Source: Balanoglossus misakiensis
Lineage: Eukaryota > Animalia > Hemichordata
NCBI GenBank assembly: GCA_040954595.2
Contig: CM082580.2
Location: 8,038,390 to 8,102,389, forward strand
Reading direction: 5' to 3'
DNA length: 64,000 bases
The notes beneath the pieces are model-generated. The model saw nothing but the letters and a program-made list of their open reading frames with translations. It was not told the origin of the DNA and did not search any database. The first letter of the stretch is position 1, and each line of letters begins with the position of its first letter. The position numbers and the translations under genes are program-made. Below are positions 25,801 through 40,800 of this stretch, in pieces.

Positions 25801-28800
25801 AGAAAAAGGGCCGACTGCACTAAAAACCAAACCCATTCACGACGTGACCTAATTGCGCGACCACTGACGGATACACACTCACGTACATTGCACACTTGGG
25901 ACTGCATGCAACCCAAATCAACGTTTATTATCAAGACAGTATTGTAATATATGCTCTCGAGTCTGGGTCAAATCTGAATTTCCATGTACCGTTGTTCTCG
26001 TTGGTGACAGAGCCACTGTGTGCCCTGTGACCTTAACAACCCTGAATGATCTAATTTGCTAATCCGTTAAACTGATAACTGGGTAATTACGCGTTAATTA
26101 ATTAATACCCGCCAAACAACCGATGCTTAGCTACTGGAATTAAACATCAATATCAAAGCGATGATTGCTAATTAAAAGCAGTTACACAAATTCATGTGCC
26201 TGTATGGATTACACAAAACATGACGTATTGACGTGTAGACGACACAGGCTAGCTTCTACTACAAGTAGAATTGACTGTGAATTAAAAATAGAAACAGCAA
26301 ATAAATTTCATGGCCTAATTCCACCAACCGTTAAATTCAGCCTCGCTCGGTAGCCTCTAAAGCTGGATTGATACTAACATTTTATTGTACAATGTTTAAG
26401 CGGGGAACCCACACACTGGACACCTTGTTTATTTTGTTGGTAGCTTGGGCATGGTTTAAGGTGTACCTTTCATTTTAGTGGCCGTGGCGTTGCAACATGG
26501 CTATTAAAGAGAATTCCCTGCGAGTGTAATCTATGGAACGTTAAATACTTCCACAATGTGGTTGGCCCTCGGCTCACGCCAAGGAAAGCACAGCACGTGG
26601 TGAGGAGAGGGAAATGCGAGAGGCTCGCTGCCCTAGATTTGGTTGCCCGGTGTGTCAAGTTCGGGACTTAATATAAGGCTATGTACTACGCTACAGGGTC
26701 AGGGATCGGACCGTTGCATTGCTTACCACGACATCTTTGCTCTGCATAATACCATCAATAGTCGTATTGTTCATTGGCTGCCCTTGAGCTGTGGCACGCG
26801 GCTGCGGCTGCTGCTGCTGCTGTGGTGACTGGCGTCTGCCCGGCTCCTCGTTGTAGTCCTGGATCTTCAACTGCGACAGCTTGTTGACTTTTCGGTGGGA
26901 GAGGGGGAGGGAGAGAGAGAGACTGCGTTAGAATGACTGCATTGGGGTACATGTACGGAGCATGTGACACGAGAGAGTGACGACGTACCGTATGTAGAGA
27001 GAGACGGAGAGAGAGAGCTCAGTCAGCTGTATTGATCTATGCTAACAATCCGAGGAATGATGGGTCCCGACGCTCACAAGGCCAACAGACATAAACTCAC
27101 CCCCAACGCATTTATTATTCATTTGTGCACTTAACGGGCCGGTTGCCATGGTTACCAGGCACCGGCACACGCCGGGCCAAACAATCAAAGCGACACTATC
27201 ATACCGAATTACGCCACAGTGACACTGACACTGCGGATCGAAACTTGATCAGATATTCCCGTCGAGTGTTTACAGACAGCAACTTGAGGGGACTTGGCCT
27301 TCATTTCAACCGATCGGGCTTGAAAAACATTAGCGCCCACCTTACACAATACCGTGCTCACTTGCACGGTGTATAGAGAATGCACGTTACAATCGTTAAA
27401 GTTAGTGGTACCTGTCTGCATAGGGAGTGAGGTCATCGCATAAAACACACAATCCCGCTTTGACAATTAATGTAGTTTCAGAAGCAGGACTTGTGGAGGT
27501 GAGTATGAAGTCTAGATGTCAAGCTATATGATGGCTTGCAACAACGGCGTATAATCTCCCCCCCACACACTCCCTTCACAGTTGCTCATTATGGCCATGT
27601 TATTAATTACAGGAGAGCTGACAGCCTGAACAGCCAGGATCAAAGGGTGAACGAATTGTTTTTTTTTTTTTGCTGTGGCTTCCTCCTGGACTGCCCTCAG
27701 ACTACCCAAATATTTTCGTGGCTTGGTATTACGACTCATTAAAGTGGTGAAACAAGTTTGTGATGTTCACACACAAGTCATTTGTCTGACAGATACCACA
27801 CATTCTCTTTTCTTCCTTAATAGATAAACACTAATTTCTGAAATAAATACATGTAGCATCAAAACAAAATACCGGTATATTAAAGGGACAAAGTCTCTCT
27901 CTTGCTACCCTTTTTCAATTAACATAATTGCAAAATCAAGGTGAGTACAGTTGTTAACCTTATATTTCAACTGGTTATTTAAATGATATGAATATGAAAA
28001 CACTTCACATACCCCTCAAGAATCTATTATTGACAAAGTTAGCGTACAATTATGACAGTAATATAAGAATCACATTTATTTTACTTTATAAAGGGAAAAG
28101 TACACAATTATTTTAAATAGTAAAGCATGTGTCTTTAGTCAGAATATACTACAGTTTTAATAACCCACATGGTGCTATTAGTTTTCATTTCATTCCATTT
28201 CATTTCTTACAGTACCTTGCCCTGAATCTTTAAATGAGTGCTGGCAATGAACAACAATCCATCTTACGAGACACAATTATATTAAATTACAACTGTGCTT
28301 ATTCTGTGAGCAAATGTTGTGACTTATTGAGGGTTTTTTTTATCCCGCATCTGTTAAATCATTAAATTAAATAGAGCAGCTGGTTTTGACATCAGATGTT
28401 GAGATGTGAGGGGTTTGAATGCTGTTATGAAATGTATTAGAATGATACCGTATGTGTCCTCGAAATTTCTGATTCAAGCAAAAACAGTGATTTGAAAAGT
28501 AATGTGTGTTATGAAAGTATCAGAAGCAAACAGAACTAAGCTTGTAACCCTCAAAATACTGCACTGTGACTGGCACAAGTATATAGAAATGTTGGCCATT
28601 ATAAACAAACCCATTCGCTCCCTTTTTTGTGTACAGGTCCAACTTTATCATCGAGAATGATAAAATTGGAACAAACCACGGCAGTGAATGGGGGAAGTAA
28701 CACACTTTTGATGGGAGCTTATCCTCACTCATTGTATATTTTTTTAAAGAGAGTGCCTTCACCATTATGAGTCAATAGAAGACGAGAGGACATCTGACAT

Positions 28801-31800
28801 GAACAAATAAAGCGATGTTTCGAATGACAATTTGTATTTGTGTGAAATGATAAATGTAGTTGGATGGAGGCTGCTAAGTTTTAGAGACTTGTAGACTTAC
28901 CCCGGTACTTGAAATATTCCCCTGTGGAATGAACCAAGTTAGAATTAACGTTACACTGATGGACCGATACTCTTCCGAGCTTTTACATGCAAGAGAATTC
29001 AACCCACACTGATACATGTACATGTTTCATTCACGTGTCATGTTTCAGTTTTTAGCACATTCACCTATATTACAACACACATGCTCCCAGCCACTACACT
29101 CTAATCACCACTGTCGAACCCTTTTCATCTTACATGAGAATTCACCGCATTAAGAGTCTTTGCATGTGTGTGTGACCATGGAGCGGAGGCGTGCCACGAT
29201 GCGGGAGAAATCTTAATCTTGGTTAAACTGTTTTTCTCCTCTGTCTATGTGTGCATTAGGCATCATTCATCTTGTTCGTGCGTGTACTTTCAGTGTTCTG
29301 ACCCAGAGCTACTGAGTAAGTGAATGTTGTTCCAATTCTCATTGATCGTACAGTCAGTGGGTGAAATGCGACCTCAAAATGTACCAAACGTACAGCGCGC
29401 CCCTCATTGAAAATTTAAAAATAACTTATCAAGTTATGATACGAATATGATAATCTTTCTGGGCAATGGCAGGCCTCATTTGAAGCAAAGAGGAAAATTA
29501 CACTTCAGTTTACACTGTGGTTATATCTCCGATGACATATCAAATTGCGAGTTAAAATACATCAGAAGATATTGTACGCTTTAGTGACATCAGCAATTTG
29601 TACATTCATGCGTCACACTGTGTCATGTGACCATGGATTATGAATGGCGATTTTTCCCATTGAATCAGTCCTAGGTAAATTCAATTGCGATTCCTACTAT
29701 CAAATAGCATTAATAGAATACAGTGATAAATCATTTCAGAGTGATTGGTTATGCAGATACATGTATCAATTGAAGCATGTCTTGACTTTAATATTCCATC
29801 TCGCTGTGCCATTTTAATTTATGGATGTCTATTTCACAAGGAAGCCATTTTTTAGATTTGCACATGTGCATGCAGCATATACATTATCGACAGTTCACTT
29901 TTCAACCTTGAGCGAGGGGCACACAGGTCAAAGGTGACATACAAATTTTTCTCTTGAAGCCTTTCAATGTAGGCTTTGCAGATCATCGCCACTGGGGGCG
30001 GTATTCAGAATGTGGAGACAGCTTGTGAAATTGCCATGGAACAAGCCGTCTATTAAAATTTCAACCTTGAAAAAGTCTATTACTTAGGATCAGCACCTCG
30101 TGTATTTGAATTTTAATAACCTGTAACTGTGCACTCCAATGCAATCTGCTGTAACCTTTATATCACCTTATGTTTCATGCAGTTGGGCTTTTTAAAATCA
30201 TTTTCTACAGATGGCAATTATTTCAACTGGAAACCTTAATAAAAAACACCATATAGATCATATCATTTATAATTATAAGAAATGCTAATATTATCTTTCC
30301 CAGTATATACTAATTTCAGCAAATTAATTAAAGTTTCACTGTTTTTACTAGCTCGATCTGCATTCGACAGTCAGAACTGAGACCACATCTATTCAGTGAA
30401 TTGTAAACTGTACCTAGTGGTTTTGCAAAAAGGCTTCGTGTTCTCATTATGAAATGAATTACAAAATTCATTAGCTGTGTTACCAAACATGATGTCGTCA
30501 AAATTTAACAAACACACCTCACTGCACCATTTATCATACCTAAGCCAGTTTTGTACAAGAATCAATACAGTAAAACAACAGAACTGATTCCATCAATATT
30601 TCACCAAACCACTTGTTTCAAATACCAGCTGTGTTTCAAACAAAGATGCAATTACTGCTGCAGTTGAATGACATAAATGTCAAGAGGTCACAGGCCAGAC
30701 CCATCTGTCAGTGCTAAGATATTACTTCTCATCAATTGTCTGCTGCTGTGCTGTTCAAGCTACCGGGATTTCACATGTCAGTGCGTACAATGGATGACAT
30801 TTTTTTATTGATTTGAATGAAAGGAAAAATCTGTAATTGTGAACCAACATCCATGTACAATGTAGGGGATTTGAGATGTCATTTCCAAATGGCTACAACA
30901 TTGCAACAGCTTGTACAAAACAAACAACTGGGACCCAGAGATGTAAGATGTTGGAGGGACTGAGACTAGGGAGGGGGGTGGGGGTGAAGGGTGACCTTAA
31001 GTCCCTTGTGGAAACAAATGAAAAATTGTACCCTTGCACTAGTCTATCCATTTATATATACCAGTATACCGGTACATGTCACAAAAGTTTTCTATGCTTT
31101 AAATAACTGACATGCCAAATCCTACAACTAGAAATTCTCACAAATCACATTCTTGAAACCCTTTGACTAGGTCAAGCATGGTAAATTGACTGTGTGAATG
31201 CTAACTTTCTATGTCCAACCATTGATACTGTACATGTACACATACCGTACACTACCATACGCCATAAGCGGCTATAGAGGGCAGTCTTCATGAAATCCAG
31301 GTTGCCACCACACTGCACTCTGGGAAACTTGCCAGGGTGGCTCATACCCTAATACTATACAGTGACCTTTAATTAAATTACCCCTACAACACCAAATACA
31401 GTACACAGACACACCTACACGCAGTCAACCTTGAACTTCTGCATTTTTAAAACAAGCAATGACTTATAATTCCACTCACCGGTGGGTACTGCGTGTCCGG
31501 GAGATGCCGGTACCTGACCGGTTTTGGGCGAAATGGGCCCAGGTGAGATGGGTGAGCCTATCCTGATGGGTGCCGATGAGAACTTGGCTGGCGGCCCTGT
31601 CTTGGGCGACTTTGTTGTTGGAGACACCATCCTTCCTGTCGATATCTTCTTCTTCTGTGATGTGAAGACAAACAAATGCGTAAATTGTGTGAAACACCCG
31701 GTAGAAATTAAAGGTAATTTCAGATTTGAGGGAAAACTGCTTTTTAATAGTGTCTTGATTGATAGTGTGGCTAGTAAAATAAAAATACTGGCTCTTTAAA

Positions 31801-34800
31801 GCTGGACATAAACTCCATTGGAAAAACTACTGCAGGAGAATTTACAGCAAAGCTGATGGTGATTGTGTCAGATCTAAAGCTACAGGCCACCAGCAAACAT
31901 CTGCCACTCAGAGTTTTACAGGCAGTATTTGTTTTTATTGAATACCTCGCCTCCGATATGATCCTAAGGTTATTGGGTCAGCCTGATAGTTTTGAACACT
32001 TAAAATAAAAAATACTGCTGCATGCTACACAATGAATACCTGCATCTGCTTTTTTGTTCGTGTTTTGAATTGCGTAGTTTGTTTTGTTGATTGTGACAGA
32101 TGGGAACAGGCCGTCTCACGAACAAAAAGTTTATGTTTACGATCTTTTTGGACAGTTTCGCCTTTTTTAGTGAACCCTGGGGATGTCAAGCCTGAGTAAA
32201 TCTTTGGCGCTTCAACTATAGACTAGAGTGTGTGTTTATGTGTGTGCATACATGTGTATGTATGTTTGTGAAAAACAACCACATGGCAAATATATGTTGC
32301 AATCTTACAACATCACTTCATGACAAAAATGCATTGTTTCTATACACAAAATACGATTTTTCCCCAATATGCTATATTGCAAACTGTTGATCAGGTATGC
32401 TACAATACTCCATTCTCGGTGCATTTCAGCGATAATATTATTGACATGTGATTGCCCGCCCTGTCAACTTTAGGATCGATTTCTACAATGTTTGGAATCT
32501 CAAACATTGATTGCAACGTTGCAGTGAAATCAATCTTGAATGTCAATACGAGGGCCAGCAGTGAGGAAAATTTACTTTAATCAGGGTTCATATACAAGTA
32601 CCAAAAATCCATTTGGAGTTGTCGAGTTCAAAAAAAAGTCTGAATTCGGCTCATGAGAAGAACACCATGTATCGCCTAGAATTAACTTGCTCTTCATCTG
32701 CTATTCCGGCCAGCTTAATCCATTACACCATAGAGGATCCCTGGGATTATAATGTATGTCTTCAGGCATCTTTTGCAACTGATACGGCAATTCTTGTAAA
32801 GCATCAGAGAATTCATATATAATTTGAATCCTGGGAAAGGCGACCTTTGACCCTTCGGTAAAAAAGCGGCGTGGAATCAAGATACACTATTCCCAGGATT
32901 CAAATTAAAATAGTCATTCTGTGAGTCGCTTCAAGGCATTAAGTAAAGGTTTCAAACACAGTGTTTCTGACAAGTCCCTCAGTGTATAATGTTCACTGCA
33001 AAACGACACTTTTCTCTGACTTATATAGATACAAATTTGAACCTGTTTTTATAGATTATTGGAGCCTTACTTTTCTGAAAGATCTCAATCAGGTTAATAG
33101 GGGTCACAGAGTCATGGGGACCAGACTTTTGAGCACATACAAAGTGTTGTGTTTCCATGAAAACATTGAAAACATGCAAGGACTACTCTAGAATACTGAT
33201 CTCCATCTTTGTTGATCACGCTTAATTATGGTCAACAAGATTACATTTCATCAAATTACATTTGATTAAATTAAAATTAACTTAATAGGTTTAACAATAC
33301 ACCAAATCCGCAGAATCTATTGAATTCAAAATAAATATGGAAAGCTTTCTATTTTTGTTCTTCATTATAAATACTCATAGATCACTGGCTGTTTCAATAC
33401 ATGAAGCTACTTGAGAGATTTTATGCCAAAGTCCTGATATATGTGTTTTATCTGAAGTAGAAAATTGAAAATAAAACTCCATCTAAAACTAACTACTGCC
33501 GGTGAAAGATCATTGTGATCAATCATAAAATATCTGACAGAGCTGCTGTGGATGTCAGATAAAAAATGATTATTGCCTGTACATCGACTACCTCCAGGGA
33601 CCCTTGAAGACCTACAGACAGCAGTAATGTTAATCTGAAGATCTCCAACAATTCTCTTTCAATCACAGTGCAGAGAACTTTCTGGTACAACTGTATATCT
33701 AATTTCTAATAAGGCCATGGAAAGGGGGGGGGGGGCGGGCAGGCTTTTCCTTCGATTTTTGGGTGTAAAGCAGTAGACTAGAGGCTGCATGCAAATTTTA
33801 TTTTTTCATCAATGATCAGGCTCCCCACTGATACCAGGTGGTTTGAAAAGAGTGAGTGAACACTGCTCCACATGCAGGAACAGACATATTCAAATCGTAA
33901 GACCTAATGTTTATAATTATGCTAGTTTCACATGAAACAGACTATTCCAGACAGCCACAGGGCTTCAGTAGAACAGTGCTGGGCCAGGAGTTCACAGGGA
34001 GCAATGCCCCGCCAAACTTGGTGCAGATGTTCCCTGTAAGGGAAAGTTTACAAGGCCTAGGAAGTTCACAAGGGTACGACATTGTGATATGTGGGGCAGT
34101 TTCGCTTCTAGTTTGGGTTTCCTAGGAAGTTCGACCTTTGATCCCAACCAATCTAGCAATGCATTCAACACACAAGCCAATTTATGCATGGTATATTTTG
34201 TCAATGTTTGTATCACTCCGTACTACTCGTACAATGTCTGTGTATCACATCTGTGTATCCTCACTCACCATGTTCAGATTTAACGCATAAATTTAAATTC
34301 ATTGATCTAATTTTAGCAATATTTAGCTCAACTGTACATTTCATATTCAGAAGACATCTTTCTTAGAAAAGATGCGGTTTTCAAATGAACCGACTGTGAA
34401 TTATTTATCATAACACACGTCGCTGCCTATATGCATTAGACACACTCCGGTGCGAGTGTCAGTCTCAGTAGAACTCATGTATGTTTACTGTCAAATTTTG
34501 CTGACAGGAGTAATATCAAAAGCCGTAATCTTTTATTCATGACTGAGAATGATTGCGACAGGCTTTGCAAGATTTCCGGAGTCAAAACCAATCACTTCAG
34601 CAACTTCTCGTGCATCTCAAATTTGTTCAAGTTCTTTCAACAGAACAGCAAGGAGGGCCATAGCACACAAAACCCAGTCAGTCAAATTACCACCAGTCCA
34701 GCTGCAAAAAAAAAATAAGTCAAATTATTTGTACTCACTGGTATGTCATATGGAAGTGTGTATTTCCTCGGCGAAGTTGGGGTGCCGCCCGACTTTTTCG

Positions 34801-37800
34801 CCGAGCCCGGACTCTGGTTGCCGTAGTTACCAGCTGCCATTTTCACATCTTGCCGTTCGTTGTCCAGAAGTGGCATAGCAAACGAGCTGAGATCCTGCGA
34901 CAGAGAAGACATATATTAGAGAAACTGTATCACTCGAGACATTCAGTAATGTGATGAAGAATATGCATGAACAACTGTACCTGCTGGCACAAAAACGTCA
35001 TACTTGAAAGGAACAGCACATGATTTTACCCTATATTTAGATTATTGTAATATACAGTAGTTTAATCCTTTTAATAACACCATATTGAATTGACCCTATA
35101 TTTGAGTTTTCACCTCTCAAAATCATGACTTACAACACTTCCCACAAATACTCTATTTTGTATCTACCAACCTCTCTTACAGTAAATACAAAACACTGAT
35201 AGTATGTGAACTCAATACCACACTTATGGCCTATCTGCTGACGAAATCCATACAGGTCTTTTGAATACATGTATGTAAACATTACTCACACTCACATGAT
35301 CGCATCAGCAGATGCCATCATAACCACAGAGCACACACCTCAATCCCACCTCAACAGGCAAATAAAATCACGGCAATAATTTTCCAGTTGACTCCTTTGC
35401 GACCATCCATTACCAACAGACAAACACAACATTTGTGCAGACCAAACAAGTATTGAAATAAGGAGATAGCAATTATGTCAAACCTTTTTCCGCGTTTTGC
35501 AAAAAGTCCGCCTCGACTGACCTGGCGTTATATTAATCAAAGGCAAAAGAACTACCACGTGGGAACGCTTTGGGGATCAAACCGCTGCGCGTTCCCAATT
35601 GTGTCATCCCTGACAAGCTGTCACTGCCACATGCTAACTAACGTCCATTGTGTACTTAAGCAAAATTTAAAGGATCTGGGAATTACTGTCTCAATCTTGC
35701 ATATATATGCATGTAGCTATACTCCAGATATGGATAATGGTGATGTGTGGTCATAAAATACGTACACATATATGTCACAAAATGACAAATATATACATAC
35801 AAGATACATCTATAGACACTTACAAAACTACATACATACACACACACACACATACATACATACATGTACATACATGAAGCATGTATATATCATCAGCTGA
35901 CATTGACAACAACAATTATTGTCACCTCATGATATGATTATACCCGCAATATTGTACTTTAAAGTTTACTGGTTTATGTTGCCATCCCATAATAGCCATC
36001 ATACAGAGAATGGAACACTAAAAAAAGTACACACACTACAAAAATAGCAATTTATATGGTAATAAAAATCGTCAACCCAATGAGCTTTTCACAGGCACAA
36101 ATACCACATGCCTGTGTTTCACCGAGTTTCTGTAAAAGGCCATAGGGTCACCCGAAGCATTTTTCTCATGCTTCAAATTACATGCCTTTAATGCAGCCCT
36201 TAATGGCCATATATTCCTCTTATTCATCTCCATTACACTAACCACACAGCACTTTTCTTGGCTAAAACTGGGTCAAAAGGTGACAATGACAGCTACAGCA
36301 ACAATGAAATCAGCCAAATTGGAAGCGAGCCAACCCAATCTCCCACTTTGAGATTTGGCAAACACTGTTGATGCTTGCACAACGTGTACTGAGGTACGAA
36401 AAAATGTTTGGTCTCTGAAGACCTTCCCCGTCATGAGTACACAGACACCGGAAAATTGGATTGCCAACCAGGGTATTTTTGTGGTGATGATACCAGCAAC
36501 ACTGCAAATACATACAATGTACATTTTGTAATTGTTCAAAGGACGCCCAATGCGGGAGACATCAATATCAGTCTACAGTTTCCCCCAGTGACAGGGATTG
36601 CTCATGATTGGATCTTAATGAATAGATGCAGTTATCAAAACTTGGCATGATAACCACACTCAAACCCAATTTGACGATTTGATGGTCTCACAAGAGTCGT
36701 CCCGACATGACCTGTTGCATCCTATCCCTTGTTATAACCAGCTTATCACAGACACGTTTTCAATTTCGTCCACGATAACACAAGCATAACTGATCAATGC
36801 ATTTCAATGTGCAATGCCGTCATCGCAATTTGCTGCCCATTCAGGCTTTTCAACTGTTGTGTTTGCTCCACTGCTATCAAAACACTGATAAGACTGCTGA
36901 ACTAAGGTGGCATACATGTACAACAACCCACTCATTCTAATGTTCCAAGATTTGCTAAGTACAAACCAGTTGCAGTCTCAGGATCTTCTTGGCAAAACTC
37001 AACCACATGACTAATGCATAAATTTACAAAATCTGCAAAATGAGATGATGGCTGTATAAGTTATAACTACATAAGCTTATTAACAAATATCCTGTTTCTC
37101 TATTTTTAAATATTAATTTCATTTTTACTTATTGATATGATCACTACAACCTTTTGACATTTAAGTAGTGACTGCTCCGTTTCCTTGGTATTAAGTTTGT
37201 TAAAAAGATCAAGAGTTAGTCTTGTTTCCATAGAAACTAATCTAAATCTAGTAAAAGATTTACATTGGTAATTTGATATTCTTTCTGTTCAGGGAGAATT
37301 TCTTATTTAACTCTACCCCACAAACAAAAATCTCACTTCTACCTGGATTTATGATTTGCATTAAAAATTCTAGGTGTGTGATATGTTACATCGAAGTTGT
37401 CTTTCTCGGTGTGTCCTCATTACATATATATTAATTACTATAATCTGTTTTTGCTTATTCTCATGGCAACGAGGTACGTTCCCATCGCACTGTCTCCATC
37501 ACTTTGGTAACGGTCAATTTAAGATCCACAGATTTAAGTGTGCAGTGTTAAATGAGAACAGATTTGAGAAGTACATGTACATGTAATCAATATAATCCAA
37601 TGGTTATCACATGAGGAAGTGGATTTGAACTGATATGATGGAGATACTTGGTATCTAAACCACATAACGAGATATTTGCCATAAAGCATCTCGGTTTCAT
37701 AACAACATAGCCTACCGGATTGCTGTAAAAAATATGGCTGATTTAGCTGAGGCCCACCTACAGCTAAAAGTGCCCATATCTGGCCAAGACAGCACCCAAT

Positions 37801-40800
37801 ACAAACACATAAACATGGGCTCTTTAAGTCTTTTGTCAGAACCATTTTAGGAGCAATTACATAACAATAGTGTTTTCATCAGTTGGGACTACCTGCTGCA
37901 TATATGTATGCCCTGAATATTGATTACCTGTGCTTTGTTGGACTCACTTCTAGTTTACTTTTCAAGAACAACAAACGGGGGCCTTTCCTCGATCACCTCA
38001 GAGGCTTTGCCTTGTAAGTTCCGGCGCAAACATACGCACAGTGCAGTTAGGTCCAACACAGTGCGTGTAAATTTACAGTCTTTACCTACAAATACTTGCT
38101 AAAATGAATTTGACAGGCAGGTATCATCGGCCAGATAGGCCTAAGACTTAGCAACATGAACTGCGCAAGCCATGTGCTCGTAAACCCGCACGTCTTCCAA
38201 AGTTAGGCAAGTGATCGCCATGTTGCGCTCGAAATCTCGGGCACATGCAATCTCAGAAACGCTAGCCTGGATCTACTTAAATCAAACACTGACCTAGTTC
38301 TTGGGTAGGCTCAGACCTAAACTGGCGTTGACTTCACTGTTGGCTAAACATGCAACGCACCATGTTGTTGTTGTTGTTGTTCGTACCCGGTTAAGCGATG
38401 TAGGGGCGGCTGACCCAGTCATGTGGGCACATTGCCAATAACATGACCTCTCACCTTATCTCGATTGTTATGCAAATAACAAACATGGAGGTGTAACTTG
38501 GAGAAAACTGATGTGAAATGTTGCGTTTTGAATCTTACTAAATTATAGACTGATACATGTACAATGTAATGCTTGAAACATGACCTTTTTCACTGAAAGA
38601 TATTTTATAAACTAAATGGTAAATTGACAAGTTTAGGCTTGGACTGAATTTCAATATATCCACCTCCTGCCCTGGGAAGTTAATATGTGTATGTACATGT
38701 GCCAAATTATATTCACAGTTCGCCTGTTCAAGGGTATGTGAAAACGAACACTTGTCTTGACTGGACAAAGATATTCCAGAGGCCAGTACAGTCGTAAAAG
38801 ACATACAACAACTCTTTCGATCCTATTAATTTTCATCATTCCACCATTACTCCTTGTACTCCCAGATCTCCATGAAACCGACATTTGCTCTAACATTTTG
38901 ACACTTCATGTACGAACCAAACCTCTGTATGTGGAACCTGGAATGCTTCAGTGCGGAGACTTCACGGCTCTCTTATGCCCCACGCACATCCTGATAAAGC
39001 CATGTGGTTGGTCCGCTTCCACATTCTACTGAAGTGCCTCATGACCCTAATCGCACATACAAACTTCAACAATCACACGAGACACAGGCTTTACAGAAAC
39101 AACTCAGAACGACTAATATCTGAAATTTACCACTTGCCTAAATGGACATTCCCAGATAGTGCAAACTCTTCAAGCAACATTCTTCCTGGACTTGTTTTAA
39201 TCCATCACTTATCTTAATTCATGGTATATGTACTTCAGCATATAATATACCCATTGCGCTATGTGCGGTATTTGAAAGTGTCACTCCTAGAATACCACTC
39301 TCTATTTAGTTTTTTGACAACACAACATACCAGTATTATAAGACATGACAACTATTTAAGTGCACATATTAAAGAAATACTGTACTGTGGGTTTGAGGTA
39401 TCACATAGTTGTATCGCACTCGATATCAGTGAATAAAGACTATAAATCGACGATGGATTCCATTTCTGTGTATGTTTATTTGATAAATTACTATTAAAAG
39501 ATCATTTGCTATATTTAATGTCTGAGGAATGCAAATGAATCACAGTCATACTAATGTAGCATGGCATGTAATTGTATTGGTTTTTAATCATGAGTGAGTC
39601 CATATCCACTGACAGAAGAGATAGTTGTCCATTTCCCAGGATGCTTCACTTGTTGCTGTCTGACCTTTGGCCTCCAATTCGATGACCAATCAAACAGAGG
39701 CTACCATGGCAAAACGGCAAACGGACAAACTATGTCACCCAAACCACCAAGAAACAAAACAGTTGGGAGTAGACGTCTTATTGTTTTCTTCCAATTTCCT
39801 GTCTATATTCTAATATCTCCATGGCAACGTTTCATTTGATGATATCATCTGTCAGTAAGCCAGCTCTGCTCTGTAATAGTGATTGCTCAACCGCGCTGGG
39901 TTGGGCAGAGCTATTTGGAAACACTTAACCCCACTGTTGCACAAACAGTAAAGAGACATTTAACCAAAGAAGGGCTGCTTATAACTTCTACAATAGCATC
40001 ATCAGTTACACGTAATACATGTATGTCCGCCATTTTGAACACTGGTCATGTGACATATCACAGAGAGAACCAGACTTTAATGTAGATGAAATGTTCACAG
40101 GCACATGTAGATTCATTGAGTTGGCACTAATAGTTTCATGACAGATTGACTACCTCAAATAATCTTCTCACATGATTTGATCAAAACTCACGACCGTATA
40201 ATTAACACGAGACCAACTGCAGCCATACATGACTTGCAAAATCGTAAATTATTACATGTAATTTATTGACATCAACGTTGTGCTGGTAATCACCAGTGGT
40301 CAAAAAATTCTGGTCACACTTTGCTTCTCCAGTATGCCTTGTTTACAGATTTTTTCTCTTTTCCATTATTATAAAACAATCACAAACAAAACACAAAAAG
40401 AAACAGCCAGCGGGGCTTCAATCTCGTAAAGCATTGGTACGGAACTCTTAAACTGGTCAAGATATGTATGTGGGTCATTCACAGCCATACGAAATCTGTC
40501 ACCCGGCAAAACAAACAGGATTAACTTTTTATCCGTTGCTAGTCTGTAGGAGTAGCACCTTTCAGAATGCATAAGTTCTAATAAAGTTATCTGTCATATG
40601 TACATACATATGAACATACGAATACGCATGTATGTATAAAAATTTGTACATGTACAGGTCTTAACTGTCAAACCACATAAGCAGACCTTTTCAAATCAAG
40701 TACTAGCTCTTTACTCTCTCGCGTATCATCTGACCTAGATGCTTATTAAATTGTCCTAATTTTCAGATATCGTGATTCACACCTTCTTTGTGAAACTGCA

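Noticed and set aside
26755-26970. 71-aa poly-Ala ORF on -
   Set aside because: Wrong frame; the splice-compatible frame gives the Q-rich AMPK-gamma exon 26727-26887.
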